Positions 22,329 through 32,983 of a stretch of 64,000 nt of DNA are shown in pieces. Under the pieces are notes generated by a model. The model made no database searches and was not told the origin of the DNA. It was given only the letters and a program-made list of their open reading frames with translations. The stretch spans positions 256,001-320,000 of the forward strand of contig CAVXWZ010000002.1 of the NCBI GenBank assembly GCA_963765575.1, written 5' to 3'. Position 1 is the first letter of the stretch. Each line of letters starts with the position of its first letter. The translations under genes were made by a program, and so were the position numbers. This DNA comes from an uncultured cyanobacterium (GTDB lineage Bacteria; Cyanobacteriota; Cyanobacteriia; PCC-6307; Cyanobiaceae).

Positions 22329-22592
22329 ATGGGCGGGCGGCCGGTGTTGCGGCGCTGCGTGGCCTGCCGTGAGCTGCGCGACCGCAGCCAGCTCTGGCGG
22401 GTCATCCGCCTGGCAGCTGGCGGCGTGGAGCTGGATCGGGGCATGGGCCGTTCGGCCTATCTCTGCCCCGATCCGGCCTGCCTGGAGGAGGCGCGCCGAC
22501 GCCGGCGCCTGCAGCGTGCGCTGCGCTGTCCAGTGGACAACGCCCTGTTGGAGCGGCTTGAACAGCGGTTGGCGGCGGAGGCGAAGCACTGA
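22329..22592 (+). CDS. ylxR: YlxR/DUF448 family RNA-binding protein
   Basis: RRCVACR and GRSAYLC motifs; sits between nusA and infB. Confidence 0.9.
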   Translation: MGGRPVLRRCVACRELRDRSQLWRVIRLAAGGVELDRGMGRSAYLCPDPACLEEARRRRRLQRALRCPVDNALLERLEQRLAAEAKH

Positions 22593-22695
22593 ACGCCGGC
22601 CCTGAGGCAAGATGGCCATTGGCCGCTCTGCGCTGGCGGTCGGTGTCCCCTGCAGCCGCCCCACGGCTCAGGGGCCCTGTCCATTGGAGATCTGA

Positions 22696-25600
22696 ATGAC
22701 CAGCAGCGGCAAAGTCAGAATTTACGAGCTGTCCCGGGACTTGGGCCTGGAGAACAAAGACGTGCTCGATGCCGCCGAGAAGCTGGGGCTGGCCGTGAAG
22801 AGCCACAGCAGCTCCATCAGCGACACGGAGGCCTCACGAATCCGCCAGTTGCTCGAGAAGGGCAACAACGGCTCCGGCCGCAGGCCGGCCAGCACACCGC
22901 CGAGCAAGGCGATCCTCACCGTGAAGAAAGCGGCCCCCACAGCCCCAGCAGCAGCGGTCAGCACCGGCGGCCCCGCCAAGCCCAGTGCGCCGCTGCGGCC
23001 CGCGGCGCCGACCAAGCCGGCTGCCCAGCCCGCTGCGCCGGAGCCCCTCTCGGCCAAGCCCACGGCCGCGAAGCCCGCCGCAGCCAAACCCGCAGCCCCC
23101 GCCCGGCCCGCGGCACCGGCTGCTTCGCGCCCGGCAGCGCCCGCCCGGCCCGCAGCCGTCCAGCCGGCCAAACCTGCCGGCCCTCCAACCGTTGTGAGCG
23201 CCTCCAAACCGCCAAGGCCGGCCGTGCCCGCCACGAGCCGCAGGCCGGAGATGCCGGCCCGCCCGGGCGCCCCGGCGCGTCCCCAGATCGTGGGCAAACC
23301 GATCGCTGGCCAACCCGCCCCCAGCCGGCCCCCCGCCCCACCGGTGAACCGCTCGCCGGTGAGCCCGCGCCCCACGGCACCCAAGCGTTCCGGTGCGCCC
23401 GCCCCCAGCCGGCCCAGCCAGCCAGGCCGGCCCGGCGGCCCTAGCCGCCTGGAGCTGGTGGGCAAACCGATCCGCCGCGACAGCAGCAGTCCCGGCCCCG
23501 TTCCCGGGCGACCGGCAGCCCCCTCGCGCCCGGGCATGCCCGCGGGCATGCGCAAGCCCGTGGCGCCTGGCGAGCTGATGCAGCTTCAGAAGCCCTCGGG
23601 CCGCACCCCGGCCCCGCCGCCGCGGCGGCCCGGTGCTGGTGGGGACACCGCCGCTGCCGGCGGCCCCTCCAGCACCGATCCGGCGCGGCCCACGGCGACC
23701 CCGCCCTCGGCACCGCGGCGTCCCGGTTTCCGTGCCCCCGTGGGTCCCACGGGACGCCCCCGGCGGCCCGACTGGGATGACAGCGCCAAGCTGGAAGCCC
23801 TGCGCAGCCGTTCGCCCCAGCGGCAGCGGCCCAAGGTGCACATCATCGGTGAAAACGATGATGCCCTCACCGCCGAAACCGGCGGCTTCGCCGGTGGACA
23901 GGAAGCCCTCGTGCTGCAGGCCAGCCTGGCCCGTCCCGCCAGGCCCCGCAGCACCGCTGGCCGGGCGGTCAAACCCACCGTGGCGGTGCGCAAGCGCCGC
24001 AAGGAAACCACCCGCCAGCGCCAGCGGCGCCGGGCGATGGAACTGCGCGCGGCCCGCGAGGCCAAGCAGCAACGGCCGGAGATGCTGATCGTGCCGGAGG
24101 GCAACCTCACGGTGCAGGAACTGGCCGAGAAGCTCGGCGTGGAGAGCTCCGAGATCATCAAGAGCCTCTTCTTCAAGGGCATCATCGCCACCGTCACCCA
24201 GAGCCTGGACCTCTCGACCATCGAGACCGTGTCCCAGGAATTCGGCGTGCCGGTGCTCGAGGACGACGTCGAGGAGGCCGCCGCCAAGACTGTGGAGATG
24301 ATCGAGGCGAGCGACCTGGCGCACCTGATCCGCAGGCCGCCGGTCGTCACCGTCATGGGTCACGTGGACCATGGCAAGACCAGCCTGCTCGACGCCATCC
24401 GCAAGACCCGGGTGGCGGCCGGCGAGGCCGGCGGCATCACCCAGCACATCGGCGCCTACCAGGTGGAGATCGAGCAGGGCGGTCAGTCGCGCCAGCTCAC
24501 CTTCCTCGACACCCCGGGCCACGAGGCCTTCACCGCCATGCGGGCCCGGGGCACCAAGGTGACCGACATCGCCGTGCTGGTGGTGGCCGCCGACGACGGC
24601 GTGCGCCCCCAGACCCTCGAAGCGATCAGCCACGCCCGGGCCGCCAAGGTGCCGATCGTGGTGGCGATCAACAAGATCGACAAGGAAGGCGCTTCCGCCG
24701 ATCGCGTCAAGCAGGAACTGTCGGGCCAGGAGCTGGTGGCCGAGGACTGGGGCGGCAACACGGTGATGGTGCCAGTGAGCGCCATCAAGGCCGAGGGGAT
24801 CGACAAGCTGCTGGAGATGATCCTGCTGGTGTCCGAGGTGGAGGACCTGCAGGCCAACCCCGACCGGATGGCCCGCGGCACCGTCATCGAGGCCCATCTG
24901 GACAAGGCCAAGGGGCCGGTGGCCACGCTGTTGATCCAGAACGGCACCCTGCGCAGCAGCGATGTGCTGGCGGCCGGCCCGGTGCTGGGCAAGGTGCGCG
25001 CCATGGTCGACGACACCGGACGGCGGGTGAAGACCGCTGGTCCATCCTCCGCAGTGGAGGCCCTGGGCTTCAGCGAGGTGCCCACCGCCGGCGACGAGTT
25101 TGAGGTGTACCCCGACGAGAAGGCCGCCCGGGCTGTGGTGGGCGACCGGGCCAACGAAGCCCGGGCCACCCGGCTGGCCCAGCAGATGGCGTCCCGTCGG
25201 GTGTCCCTGGCGTCCATGTCGGGCCAGGCAAGCGAAGGCGAGCTCAAGGAGCTCAACCTGATCCTCAAGGCCGACGTGCAGGGCTCGGTGGAGGCGATCC
25301 TCGGCTCCCTCGAACAACTTCCCCAGGGGGAAGTGCAGGTGCGGGTGCTGCTCTCGGCCCCGGGCGAGATCACCGAAACCGACGTGGACCTGGCGGCAGC
25401 CTCCGGCGCCGTGATCGTGGGCTTCAACACCTCAATGGCCTCCGGGGCCAAGCGGGCTGCCGATGCCACGGGCGTCGATGTGCGCGACTACGAGGTGATC
25501 TACAAGCTGCTGGAGGACATCCAACTGGCCATGGAGGGCCTGCTGGAGCCCGAGCTGGTGGAGGAGCCCCTGGGCGAGGCCGAGGTGCGCGCCGTGTTCA

Positions 25601-25860
25601 CCATCGGCAAGAGCGCTGTGGCTGGCTGTTACGTCACCACCGGCAAGCTGCAACGCAACGCCAAGCTGCGCGTCTGGCGCGGCAAAGAGAAGGTGTTCGA
25701 TGGCGATCTCGACTCCCTGCGTCGCAACAAGGACGACGTCAAGGAGGTGGCCACGGGCTTCGAGTGCGGCATCGCCTGCGACCGCTTCAACAGCTGGCAG
25801 GAGGGCGATCGCATTGAGGCCTTCAAGCTGGTCACCCAGCGCCGCACCCTCAGCGGCTGA
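22696..25860 (+). CDS. infB: Translation initiation factor IF-2
   Basis: [16 protein letters not shown] and NKID motifs, with a long Pro/Ala-rich N-terminal linker. Confidence 0.99.
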   Translation: MTSSGKVRIYELSRDLGLENKDVLDAAEKLGLAVKSHSSSISDTEASRIRQLLEKGNNGSGRRPASTPPSKAILTVKKAAPTAPAAAVSTGGPAKPSAPLRPAAPTKPAAQPAAPEPLSAKPTAAKPAAAKPAAPARPAAPAASRPAAPARPAAVQPAKPAGPPTVVSASKPPRPAVPATSRRPEMPARPGAPARPQIVGKPIAGQPAPSRPPAPPVNRSPVSPRPTAPKRSGAPAPSRPSQPGRPGGPSRLELVGKPIRRDSSSPGPVPGRPAAPSRPGMPAGMRKPVAPGELMQLQKPSGRTPAPPPRRPGAGGDTAAAGGPSSTDPARPTATPPSAPRRPGFRAPVGPTGRPRRPDWDDSAKLEALRSRSPQRQRPKVHIIGENDDALTAETGGFAGGQEALVLQASLARPARPRSTAGRAVKPTVAVRKRRKETTRQRQRRRAMELRAAREAKQQRPEMLIVPEGNLTVQELAEKLGVESSEIIKSLFFKGIIATVTQSLDLSTIETVSQEFGVPVLEDDVEEAAAKTVEMIEASDLAHLIRRPPVVTVMGHVDHGKTSLLDAIRKTRVAAGEAGGITQHIGAYQVEIEQGGQSRQLTFLDTPGHEAFTAMRARGTKVTDIAVLVVAADDGVRPQTLEAISHARAAKVPIVVAINKIDKEGASADRVKQELSGQELVAEDWGGNTVMVPVSAIKAEGIDKLLEMILLVSEVEDLQANPDRMARGTVIEAHLDKAKGPVATLLIQNGTLRSSDVLAAGPVLGKVRAMVDDTGRRVKTAGPSSAVEALGFSEVPTAGDEFEVYPDEKAARAVVGDRANEARATRLAQQMASRRVSLASMSGQASEGELKELNLILKADVQGSVEAILGSLEQLPQGEVQVRVLLSAPGEITETDVDLAAASGAVIVGFNTSMASGAKRAADATGVDVRDYEVIYKLLEDIQLAMEGLLEPELVEEPLGEAEVRAVFTIGKSAVAGCYVTTGKLQRNAKLRVWRGKEKVFDGDLDSLRRNKDDVKEVATGFECGIACDRFNSWQEGDRIEAFKLVTQRRTLSG

Positions 25861-25884
25861 TCCCCCATCGCCGGCCCCAGCCCT

Positions 25885-26700
25885 GTGAATCCCCGCAGTG
25901 AGCCCCTGCTCTGGCTTCAGCTGATCGCCCTCGGGGCGATCCCGCTGGAGCTGTTGCTGCTGGTGCTGCTGCTGGCCGGCGCCGATCCCGGCCCCCTGCC
26001 GGCCCTGGAGCGGCTGCTGGTGTGGGGGCTGGGGGCCCTGGCCCCGGCGCTGCTGCTCTGGCAGCGGCCGGCGGACTGCTGCTCGCTACTGGTGGCCCAG
26101 GTGCCCCTGGCGGCCCGAAGCCCCCTGCAGCGCTCCCTGGCGGCGGCCCAGGACGCCATGCCGGCAAAACTGCTGCTGGTCGCCGGTGCGGCGGGCCTGC
26201 TGCCCCTGTTCTGGTCCCTCGACAGCCACGCCGCCCTGGCTGGCCCCTTCTCCCCCCTCGAGGCCAGCAATCGCCTGGTGGGGCTGCTGCTGGCCATTGC
26301 CTTGCTGGCGGTGCTGCTGTGGCAGTGGCAGCAACTGGTCCAGAGCCTCTGGCTGCTGAGCCGTAGCCCAGCGGCACTGGCGGCGGTGAAGCCCCTGTCC
26401 CAGGAGCAGCAAGCCAGGATGCGGCTGAGTCTGGGGATCCCACTGCTGCAGCTGAAACCCCTGATGCTGGAGTCTTCACCAGCCGCCAGCCTTGCCACCA
26501 GCCCCCCCAGTGGCCTCTCCAGCTCCCAGGAGAGGAGGACCTCGCCTGAGGCCAGCGCGCCCAAGGGTGTGTCACCGGAGTCCGTAGCAGCCGAGTCCGT
26601 GAGAGCCGATGGCTCAGCTGGGGGGAACGCGGTTGCGATCGAACCAGAGCAAGGAGCTGCAGGTGATCAGGGCGACGACCTGGATCAGCAGATCGACTGA
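25885..26700 (+). CDS. Cyanobacterial membrane protein with low-complexity tail
   Basis: RSEPLLWLQL N-terminus, about 4 TM segments and a Ser/acidic tail. Confidence 0.75.
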   Translation: MNPRSEPLLWLQLIALGAIPLELLLLVLLLAGADPGPLPALERLLVWGLGALAPALLLWQRPADCCSLLVAQVPLAARSPLQRSLAAAQDAMPAKLLLVAGAAGLLPLFWSLDSHAALAGPFSPLEASNRLVGLLLAIALLAVLLWQWQQLVQSLWLLSRSPAALAAVKPLSQEQQARMRLSLGIPLLQLKPLMLESSPAASLATSPPSGLSSSQERRTSPEASAPKGVSPESVAAESVRADGSAGGNAVAIEPEQGAAGDQGDDLDQQID

Positions 26701-26871
26701 CGGCACCGCGACACCGGACGCCGATCGCATCGCCATCGTGGCCAGACCGAGGCCGGCGGAAGCGCTAAGGGCCAGCCACAGAGCTCGCCGCAGACCGCGC
26801 CAGGGGGTACGCGATTCCTGCAGCAACCGGGCCCGGAGCTGGGGATCGAGGCTGTCGGGATTCATCCCCAT
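26614..26871 (-). CDS. Small membrane protein, DUF3493-like
   Basis: RLLQESRTPWRGLRR followed by two TM helices. The ORF-track start at 26973 lies inside the tRNA and was rejected. Confidence 0.7.
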   Translation of the reverse strand: MGMNPDSLDPQLRARLLQESRTPWRGLRRALWLALSASAGLGLATMAMRSASGVAVPSVDLLIQVVALITCSSLLWFDRNRVPPS

Positions 26872-26916
26872 GGCTGCACGGAACGGGCGATGCTCTGATG
26901 GTAAAGTGGTGAGGAT

Positions 26917-26988
<72 letters not shown>

Positions 26989-27026
26989 TGATTCACGGCA
27001 CAGCACCATGACGCTTCAATAGCGCA

Positions 27027-27785
27027 ATGGACCAAAGCAAAGACCAAGAGATTGACAAGGTTGACATCATCAATCTCCTTGGTCAAGTCAATGGCTACTC
27101 ATCTTATCTAGAGGTAGCAAGTCAAACCACCGGCCACCAATACGCCAGGGTTTGCGAACACATTTTCACGACCAAGAAAAGACTTCTATACAACATACCA
27201 GAAGGTTATTCCGATGGTCTTCCGGTTGACTATTCGGCCTCTGATTTAAGTGGCAGCCACTGCCTTGAGCAGATTGAGGCGTCAAGTCAAAGCCTTGACT
27301 TCGTATTCATAGATCCCTATCATACATACAAATCATCCCTGCAGAATCTTATGGCCGGATTCAGACTTCTAAATCCTGATGGTGTCATGGTCGTGCATGA
27401 TTGCAATCCACCTAGCCTGGACATCGCCTCCCCCACATTTCAAGGTGGGCTCTGGTGCGGACTGACCTATCTGGCATTCCTGGATTTTGTCCATCAAAAT
27501 CCAGGAACAGAATATGGCGTTGTCGATACCGACTGGGGCGTTGGACTGGTCTTTCGAAACAGCGGCACACGCCCGGCCCTGTTTGGCCCTCTCCCCGAAC
27601 GACCCGCCATCGATGGCTTGCAGCTGGGGGACTGGGAGGTTTTCGACGCCCAGCGCCAGCATCTGCTCAGACTTCTATCCCCGCAGTGTTTTCGAAGAAT
27701 CTTCGCGAATGGTCGCTCGGCTGCGCAGCCGAAACGCTCAGGCAAGCAGCTGGACGGAGGGACACTGCAGAACACCGCCTCGTAG
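27027..27785 (+). CDS. Class I SAM-dependent methyltransferase-like protein (Methyltransf_24-like), low GC
   Basis: SYLEV, LDFVFIDPYHTY and LNPDGVMVVHD motifs. Line 27061-27120 is 24/60 G+C. Confidence 0.7.
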   Translation: MDQSKDQEIDKVDIINLLGQVNGYSSYLEVASQTTGHQYARVCEHIFTTKKRLLYNIPEGYSDGLPVDYSASDLSGSHCLEQIEASSQSLDFVFIDPYHTYKSSLQNLMAGFRLLNPDGVMVVHDCNPPSLDIASPTFQGGLWCGLTYLAFLDFVHQNPGTEYGVVDTDWGVGLVFRNSGTRPALFGPLPERPAIDGLQLGDWEVFDAQRQHLLRLLSPQCFRRIFANGRSAAQPKRSGKQLDGGTLQNTAS

Positions 27786-27835
27786 GACGTGATGCAGGGT
27801 GGCCGGGAGGGTGCCGGCCGAAGCTGCTGGCCATC

Positions 27836-27864
27836 AAAAAACCCCCCTCGCAGGGAGGGGGGTT
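27836..27864 (-). terminator. Rho-independent terminator of psbA
   Basis: Minus strand reads aacccccctc-cctgc-gaggggggtt followed by a T-run. Confidence 0.85.
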
Positions 27865-27912
27865 GGGGGATTCCGTCAGGTCTGATGCGCTTGAAGGCTG
27901 AGCAACTCAGCT

Positions 27913-28992
27913 TCAGCCGATCGCCGGGGCGGTCAGGGCCACGGGGGTGGCTTCGGCGGCAGCCAGGTCGAGCGGGAAGTTGTGAGCGTTGCGCTCGTGC
28001 ATCACTTCCATGCCCAGACCGGCACGGTTCAGCACATCGGCCCAGGTGTTCACCACGCGGCCTTGGCCATCGAGGATCGACTGGTTGAAGTTGAAACCGT
28101 TGAGGTTGAAGGCCATCGTGCTCACGCCCAGGGCGGTGAACCAGATGCCGATCACAGGCCAGGCAGCCAGGAAGAAGTGCAGGCTGCGGCTGTTGTTGAA
28201 GGAGGCGTACTGGAAGATCAGACGACCGAAGTAGCCGTGGGCCGCAACGATGTTGTAGGTCTCTTCCTCTTGGCCAAACTTGTAGCCGTAGTTCTGGCTT
28301 TCGGTTTCGGTGGTTTCACGCACCAGGCTGCTGGTCACCAGCGAACCGTGCATGGCCGAGAACAGGGAGCCGCCGAACACACCGGCCACACCCAGCATGT
28401 GGAAGGGGTGCATCAGGATGTTGTGCTCTGCCTGGAACACCAGCATGTAGTTGAAGGTGCCGCTGATGCCGAGGGGCATGCCGTCAGAGAAGGAGCCCTG
28501 ACCGAACGGGTACACCAGGAACACAGCCGAAGCAGCGGCCACGGGGGCGCTGTAGGCCACGCAGATCCAGGGGCGCATGCCGAGGCGGTAGGAGAGTTCC
28601 CACTCGCGGCCCATGTAGCAGAACACGCCGATCAGGAAGTGGAAGACCACCAGCTGATAGGGGCCGCCGTTGTAGAGCCACTCATCGAGGGAAGCGGCTT
28701 CCCAGATGGGATAGAAGTGCAGGCCGATGGCGTTGCTGGAGGGAACAACAGCACCGGAGATGATGTTGTTGCCGTAGAGCAGGGAGCCGGCAACGGGCTC
28801 ACGGATGCCGTCGATGTCGACGGGGGGAGCGGCGATAAACGCCACGATGAAGCAGATGGTCGCAGCCAGCAGGGTGGGGATCATCAGCACGCCGAACCAG
28901 CCCACGTAGAGGCGGTTGTTGGTGGAGGTGACCCAGCCACAGAACTGCTCCCAGCTGGAGGCGCCGGAGCGCTGCTGAAGAGTGGTGGTCAT
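27913..28992 (-). CDS. psbA: Photosystem II D1 protein, Glu130 (D1:2-type)
   Basis: Full 359-aa D1 sequence with YMGREWE (E130) and [13 protein letters not shown]. Confidence 0.99.
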   Translation of the reverse strand: MTTTLQQRSGASSWEQFCGWVTSTNNRLYVGWFGVLMIPTLLAATICFIVAFIAAPPVDIDGIREPVAGSLLYGNNIISGAVVPSSNAIGLHFYPIWEAASLDEWLYNGGPYQLVVFHFLIGVFCYMGREWELSYRLGMRPWICVAYSAPVAAASAVFLVYPFGQGSFSDGMPLGISGTFNYMLVFQAEHNILMHPFHMLGVAGVFGGSLFSAMHGSLVTSSLVRETTETESQNYGYKFGQEEETYNIVAAHGYFGRLIFQYASFNNSRSLHFFLAAWPVIGIWFTALGVSTMAFNLNGFNFNQSILDGQGRVVNTWADVLNRAGLGMEVMHERNAHNFPLDLAAAEATPVALTAPAIG

Positions 28993-29109
28993 GAGAACGG
29001 GTAAAGGATGAGAACTCCGAAACGGCAGGCGAAAATGCCTGGCAGCAGCAGCGCCTGAAGGGCGCGGCCGGCTCCGGAGGGAATGGAGGACGGAATCCCG
29101 TCGCAGACC

Positions 29110-29139
29110 AACGTAACAGAACGTTGCGGGTTTTGTGAA
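29110..29139 (-). promoter_or_regulatory. Candidate psbA promoter
   Basis: Minus strand TTCACA-N18-TACGTT with an extended -10 TGn, in an AT-richer patch about 120 nt upstream of the ATG. Confidence 0.5.
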
Positions 29140-29274
29140 GGGGGGTTGCCGCAGGATCGCGCGATCGGGCAGGGGCCGGGGGCGGTGCGGGATTGCCGAT
29201 ACCGGTGGCCAGTCGCCCGATCCCTTGCCAAGGTGTGGGCCTCAACCCGCCGCTCAGCCGCAGCAGAAAACGTC

Positions 29275-29415
29275 ATGGTGCTGCTCTGTTGGTCTCTTGA
29301 AGGCGAACGCCACCTGGAGCACGTGCCGCTGAAGCTCGCCCGTCGCCGCCACGCCCAGCTCAAGAGCATCGGCGCCGTTGTCTATTGGAGCGAGCGGCTG
29401 GCGCGGGTGAGCTGA
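29275..29415 (+). CDS. Small hypothetical protein (46 aa)
   Basis: MVLLCWSLEGERHLEHVPLKLARRRHAQLKSIGAVVYWSERLARVS, with coding-like codon usage and an A-rich stretch upstream. Confidence 0.55.
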   Translation: MVLLCWSLEGERHLEHVPLKLARRRHAQLKSIGAVVYWSERLARVS

Positions 29416-29452
29416 CGTTGCTAGATCTGCAGTTCTCCCCTGGCCGTTCGGC

Positions 29453-29815
29453 ATGGCGCTGCCCGCAACCCAACCCCGTCACCATCGCCCGCTCGCCCTG
29501 GCGATCGGCGTGCTGGGGCTCAGCGGTGTCCTGCTGCTCAGCGGCTGTCAGCGCAAGCAGCAGACGGCCGAGCTGGAGCAGCTCAAGCAGCGGCAGGACC
29601 AGCTGGATCTGAAGATCCAGCAACTGGAGCAGAAACTGCACGGCGTCACCCCGCGCGACCCTGAGGAGCGAGCCGACACGGCCCCGGCGGGCCCGGTGCG
29701 CTCGATCACCTACCGCAGCGGCACCGATGACGATCGGCTGCGCATCTACTGGGCTGACGGCACCAGCAGTGACCTGCCGTGCACCCAGGAGCAGGCCACC
29801 TTGGTGTGCGGCTGA
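29453..29815 (+). CDS. Hypothetical lipoprotein
   Basis: Lipobox LSGC, a short coiled coil and a C-terminal Cys pair. Confidence 0.75.
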   Translation: MALPATQPRHHRPLALAIGVLGLSGVLLLSGCQRKQQTAELEQLKQRQDQLDLKIQQLEQKLHGVTPRDPEERADTAPAGPVRSITYRSGTDDDRLRIYWADGTSSDLPCTQEQATLVCG

Positions 29816-29877
29816 CAGATGCTTGACATCGACGGCACGAGCGGCTGATCTGGCCCATTGCCCGCTTTCGATCCGCA

Positions 29878-30276
29878 ATGGGTTTTGTCAGACCTCTGTC
29901 CACCGGAGTGGCTGCTCTGGCCGCCGCCCTGCTGGCCGGCAGTGGAGTCGCTGGCTTGCCCGCCCGGGCCCAGGTGACCTTCGGCTCCGTGCGCGCGCTC
30001 AACACGGCCCGCAACCTGGCCGTTCAGCAGAACGGTGGGCTGAGCGTCTACCGCCCGGCCCAGTGCATGTTCCAGAGCGCCGACGCCAGCAACGACTGTC
30101 TGCTGAGCATGGATGAGGACGGCTTTCTGTTCCGCTTCCTGGGCGGTGTTCCCGGCTGGGAGCAGTTCCAGATGCCCGCCAGCGTCGAAACCGAGGTGCG
30201 CATCTCCGCCGACGGCCGCACGGTGGAGGAGCTGATCTACAACGGTGAGCCGCGGCCCGCTGACCCTGCCGAGTAG
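29878..30276 (+). CDS. Secreted hypothetical protein
   Basis: Signal peptide ending ARA-Q, two Cys and native codon usage. Confidence 0.75.
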   Translation: MGFVRPLSTGVAALAAALLAGSGVAGLPARAQVTFGSVRALNTARNLAVQQNGGLSVYRPAQCMFQSADASNDCLLSMDEDGFLFRFLGGVPGWEQFQMPASVETEVRISADGRTVEELIYNGEPRPADPAE

Positions 30277-31238
30277 GTGCTGGCGAGGGCCAATCCCGCC
30301 GCCAACTGCTCCAGCGCTTGACGCCAGTGTCCCGGCACCGGCCAGCATTCGCGGCGGGTGAAGCTGAAGGCAATCCCCTTCTCGCCGTAGGCCGCCTCGT
30401 TGATGAACACCGGCACCAGGGGGCCGGACTCGGCAGCGGGCGGCAGCACCGCCTCCAGGGGCAGGGAACGGCCGGCGCAGTCCACAAACACCGGCTCCTG
30501 CGGCTCCAGGGGATGCCAGTCGCGGTGCTGCAGCCGTGGGTGGATGCAGGCCTGCGGGCTGCCGGCGGCGTCCCGCGGCAGATCGAGGCTGCCCAGGTGC
30601 CGATGCACCTGCAGCTCGGGCGGCAGGCGCAGCTGGCCAGCGCGGGCCTCAGCCAACAGCGCCAGGGCAGCCTCCAGCGCCAGCCGGGTCTGGCGGCAGA
30701 TCGGTGCCTGGATCACCCCCTGGGGCACCGGTCCCACCTCGATCACCAGGCCGCAGGGCCAGCGTTCCACCAGGAATCCGGTCTGCGCTGAATCCGCCTC
30801 GTGCAGATAGATCGGCAGCCCCAGCCGCGCCTGCAGGGCTGCGGCCAAAGCCAGGTCGGTGGGCCGCCTCCCGTACACCACCAGGGCATTGCCCATGGCG
30901 CTGGTGGTGCTGTGCAGATCGAGGGCGACGGCACAGGGCCGCCGGCCCCGGGGGCCATGGGCGGCCAGGATCTCCCGGGCACGATCCAGGTCCGGACCCG
31001 TGGCGCCGGGATCAGCCAGCAGGGCGGGGTCGAAGCAGCGGTTGAGATCCCGCTCCAGATAGCGGCGGTTGCAGGCGTGGGCCCCGGGGTTGCCGAGCAC
31101 CAGCTGCAACGCCAGCCCTGCGCCATCCAGGCCAGCGGGGTGCCGCTGCCACTCCTGCAGCAGCCAGGGTGCATTGCGCTCGTTGCCGTGGGTGCCGGCC
31201 ACCACCAGCACCTCCGTCGCAGGCATGGCTGTCGTCAT
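30237..31238 (-). CDS. Aspartoacylase
   Basis: GTHGNE, DLNR, LDLHSTT, IEVGP and FINEAAY motifs. Confidence 0.92.
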   Translation of the reverse strand: MTTAMPATEVLVVAGTHGNERNAPWLLQEWQRHPAGLDGAGLALQLVLGNPGAHACNRRYLERDLNRCFDPALLADPGATGPDLDRAREILAAHGPRGRRPCAVALDLHSTTSAMGNALVVYGRRPTDLALAAALQARLGLPIYLHEADSAQTGFLVERWPCGLVIEVGPVPQGVIQAPICRQTRLALEAALALLAEARAGQLRLPPELQVHRHLGSLDLPRDAAGSPQACIHPRLQHRDWHPLEPQEPVFVDCAGRSLPLEAVLPPAAESGPLVPVFINEAAYGEKGIAFSFTRRECWPVPGHWRQALEQLAAGLALASTYSAGSAGRGSPL

Positions 31239-31347
31239 CGCTGCATCGGCTCACGCCCCCCTTCCCGATTGCGGCCCGGCCACGGCCAGGCAGCGCTGGT
31301 TTTCCCCGCCCGGGTGTCCGAGAGTCGAAGCCCGGCCGAACCCCATC

Positions 31348-32406
31348 GTGCTCCCTCCCCCCTGGCTGGTGCGCAGTGCCCGCAACCTCTGGCACTGGCA
31401 GTGGCTGCAGCTGATGGGCGGCCTGGGTCCCGCCGATGGCCAGGGGCGGTACCGCCGCCCCGCCGCCGCTTTCAGCGCCTGCGGCGATCCACCGGCCGAT
31501 GCTGGGGAGCCTGGGGCCCACGTGCTGATCGTGGGCCGCAGCTGCCCCTGGGCCCACCGGGCCTGGCTGGTGTGGAGCCTGCGCCAGCTGGGCGACACGA
31601 TCAGCCTGGTGATGGTGGAGCCCGATCCCCAGGCCGGCCGCTGGCGCTTCATTGAACCCTTCGAGGGCTGCGACAGCCTGGCCGAGCTCTACAGCCGCAG
31701 CGCCGCCCCCCCGGGCAGCCGTGCCACCGTGCCCCTGCTCTACGCGCGCCAGCGCAAGCAGGTGCTGGTGGGGGAGAGTGCACGGCTGATCGAGTTGCTC
31801 AACCGCTGGCCCTCCGCCTCCGGCCTTGACCTCGATCCACCCGAGCAGCGGCAGGCCACGGCCCCATGGCGCCAACGGCTGCAGGACAGCGTCAACGACG
31901 GCGTCTACCGCTGCGGCTTTGCGCGCAACCAGGCGGCCTATGACGCCGCCGAATCCGAGCTGTTCGCCACCCTGGAGGCCGCCGAGGAGCAACTGGCCGC
32001 CGCCGCTGGCAGCGACGAGGACGGCAGCAGCGGGGCAGGGTGGCTGAGCGGGCCGCAGCCAAGCCTGGCCGACGTGCAGCTGTTCCCCACCCTGATCCGG
32101 CTGGAGCTGGTCTACGCCCCCCTGTTCGGCGTCAGCCGCCGCCCGCTCTGGCAGCTGCCGGCCCTGTGGTCCTGGCGGTCTCGCTTCCACGCATTGCCGG
32201 GGGTGGCCGCCACCTGCTCACCCCAGGCCTGGCGCCACGACTACTTCGGAGCCCTGTTCCCGCTGCACCCCTCGGGCATCACCCCGGCGGGCCCGCCCCT
32301 GGCCACACTGGTGGGGAGCTGCCCAAGGCCAGGACGCGATGCAGGACACCACTCCGGAGACCCTCCACCAGGGGGTGTACGGCCCCTTCACGATCACGGC
32401 GACTGA
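31348..32406 (+). CDS. Glutathione S-transferase, Xi class / glutathionyl-hydroquinone reductase (YqjG-like)
   Basis: SCPWAHR, TVPLL, ESA, VNDGVYRCGFA and ADVQLFPTLIR motifs. GTG start is inferred. Confidence 0.85.
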   Translation: MLPPPWLVRSARNLWHWQWLQLMGGLGPADGQGRYRRPAAAFSACGDPPADAGEPGAHVLIVGRSCPWAHRAWLVWSLRQLGDTISLVMVEPDPQAGRWRFIEPFEGCDSLAELYSRSAAPPGSRATVPLLYARQRKQVLVGESARLIELLNRWPSASGLDLDPPEQRQATAPWRQRLQDSVNDGVYRCGFARNQAAYDAAESELFATLEAAEEQLAAAAGSDEDGSSGAGWLSGPQPSLADVQLFPTLIRLELVYAPLFGVSRRPLWQLPALWSWRSRFHALPGVAATCSPQAWRHDYFGALFPLHPSGITPAGPPLATLVGSCPRPGRDAGHHSGDPPPGGVRPLHDHGD

Positions 32407-32983
32407 CCGCCGCGAGGTGCTGGGCTATCGGCTCAGCCTGCTGGTGGCGGCCCTGGCCCAGCTGGGCCTGTTGGCCCAGTGGCACTGGCTGGGAACCGAG
32501 CACCTCTGGCCCTGGCTGCTGCCCCTGGCCGGTGGCCTGGGGCTGGCCTTGCGCTGGATTCACATCTATCTGCGGCCCCTGCACCGGGCCCTGCAGGCGT
32601 TCTGGCTGCTGGGCTGCGCCGGGCTGGTGGCCCTGGCACTTCAGGCCGGCCCCGGGGCCATGGCCGCCACCCTGCAGGCCCACGGCCGCTGGCTGTGGGC
32701 CATCGGCCCCCTGTTCGCCGCCCTGGCGGGAATCGGCTTCAAAGAGTTCTTCTGTTTCCAGCGCCCCGAGGCCATCGGTGTGACCCTGCTGCTGCCGGCC
32801 GCCCTGCTCGGGCACCTCAGCGGCCTGCTGGCACCGGCGCTGGTGGGCCGGTTGCTGGCGCTGGAGGCGGTGCTGCTGGTGCTGCTCTGCCTGCGCAAGT
32901 TCCCCATGCCGGCCGCAGCTGACGTGGGCGACAAGAGCGTCTTCGCCCACCTCGAGGCCCAGCGCCGCACCGCTGCCGCGTGA
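32339..32983 (+). CDS. DUF2301-like membrane protein
   Basis: GVYGPFTIT...IHIYLRPLH...FKEFFCF...DVGDKSVF pattern with multiple TM segments. Confidence 0.8.
   Translation: MQDTTPETLHQGVYGPFTITATDRREVLGYRLSLLVAALAQLGLLAQWHWLGTEHLWPWLLPLAGGLGLALRWIHIYLRPLHRALQAFWLLGCAGLVALALQAGPGAMAATLQAHGRWLWAIGPLFAALAGIGFKEFFCFQRPEAIGVTLLLPAALLGHLSGLLAPALVGRLLALEAVLLVLLCLRKFPMPAAADVGDKSVFAHLEAQRRTAAA

Noticed and set aside
22900..23760. Pro/Ala-rich repeats in infB; also 6-9-bp repeats at 19133-19190 and 34668-34720
   Set aside because: These are ordinary low-complexity linkers within intact proteins.
26989..27830. Integrative element at tRNA-Thr
   Set aside because: No integrase and no att duplication are visible; reported only as a low-GC islet.
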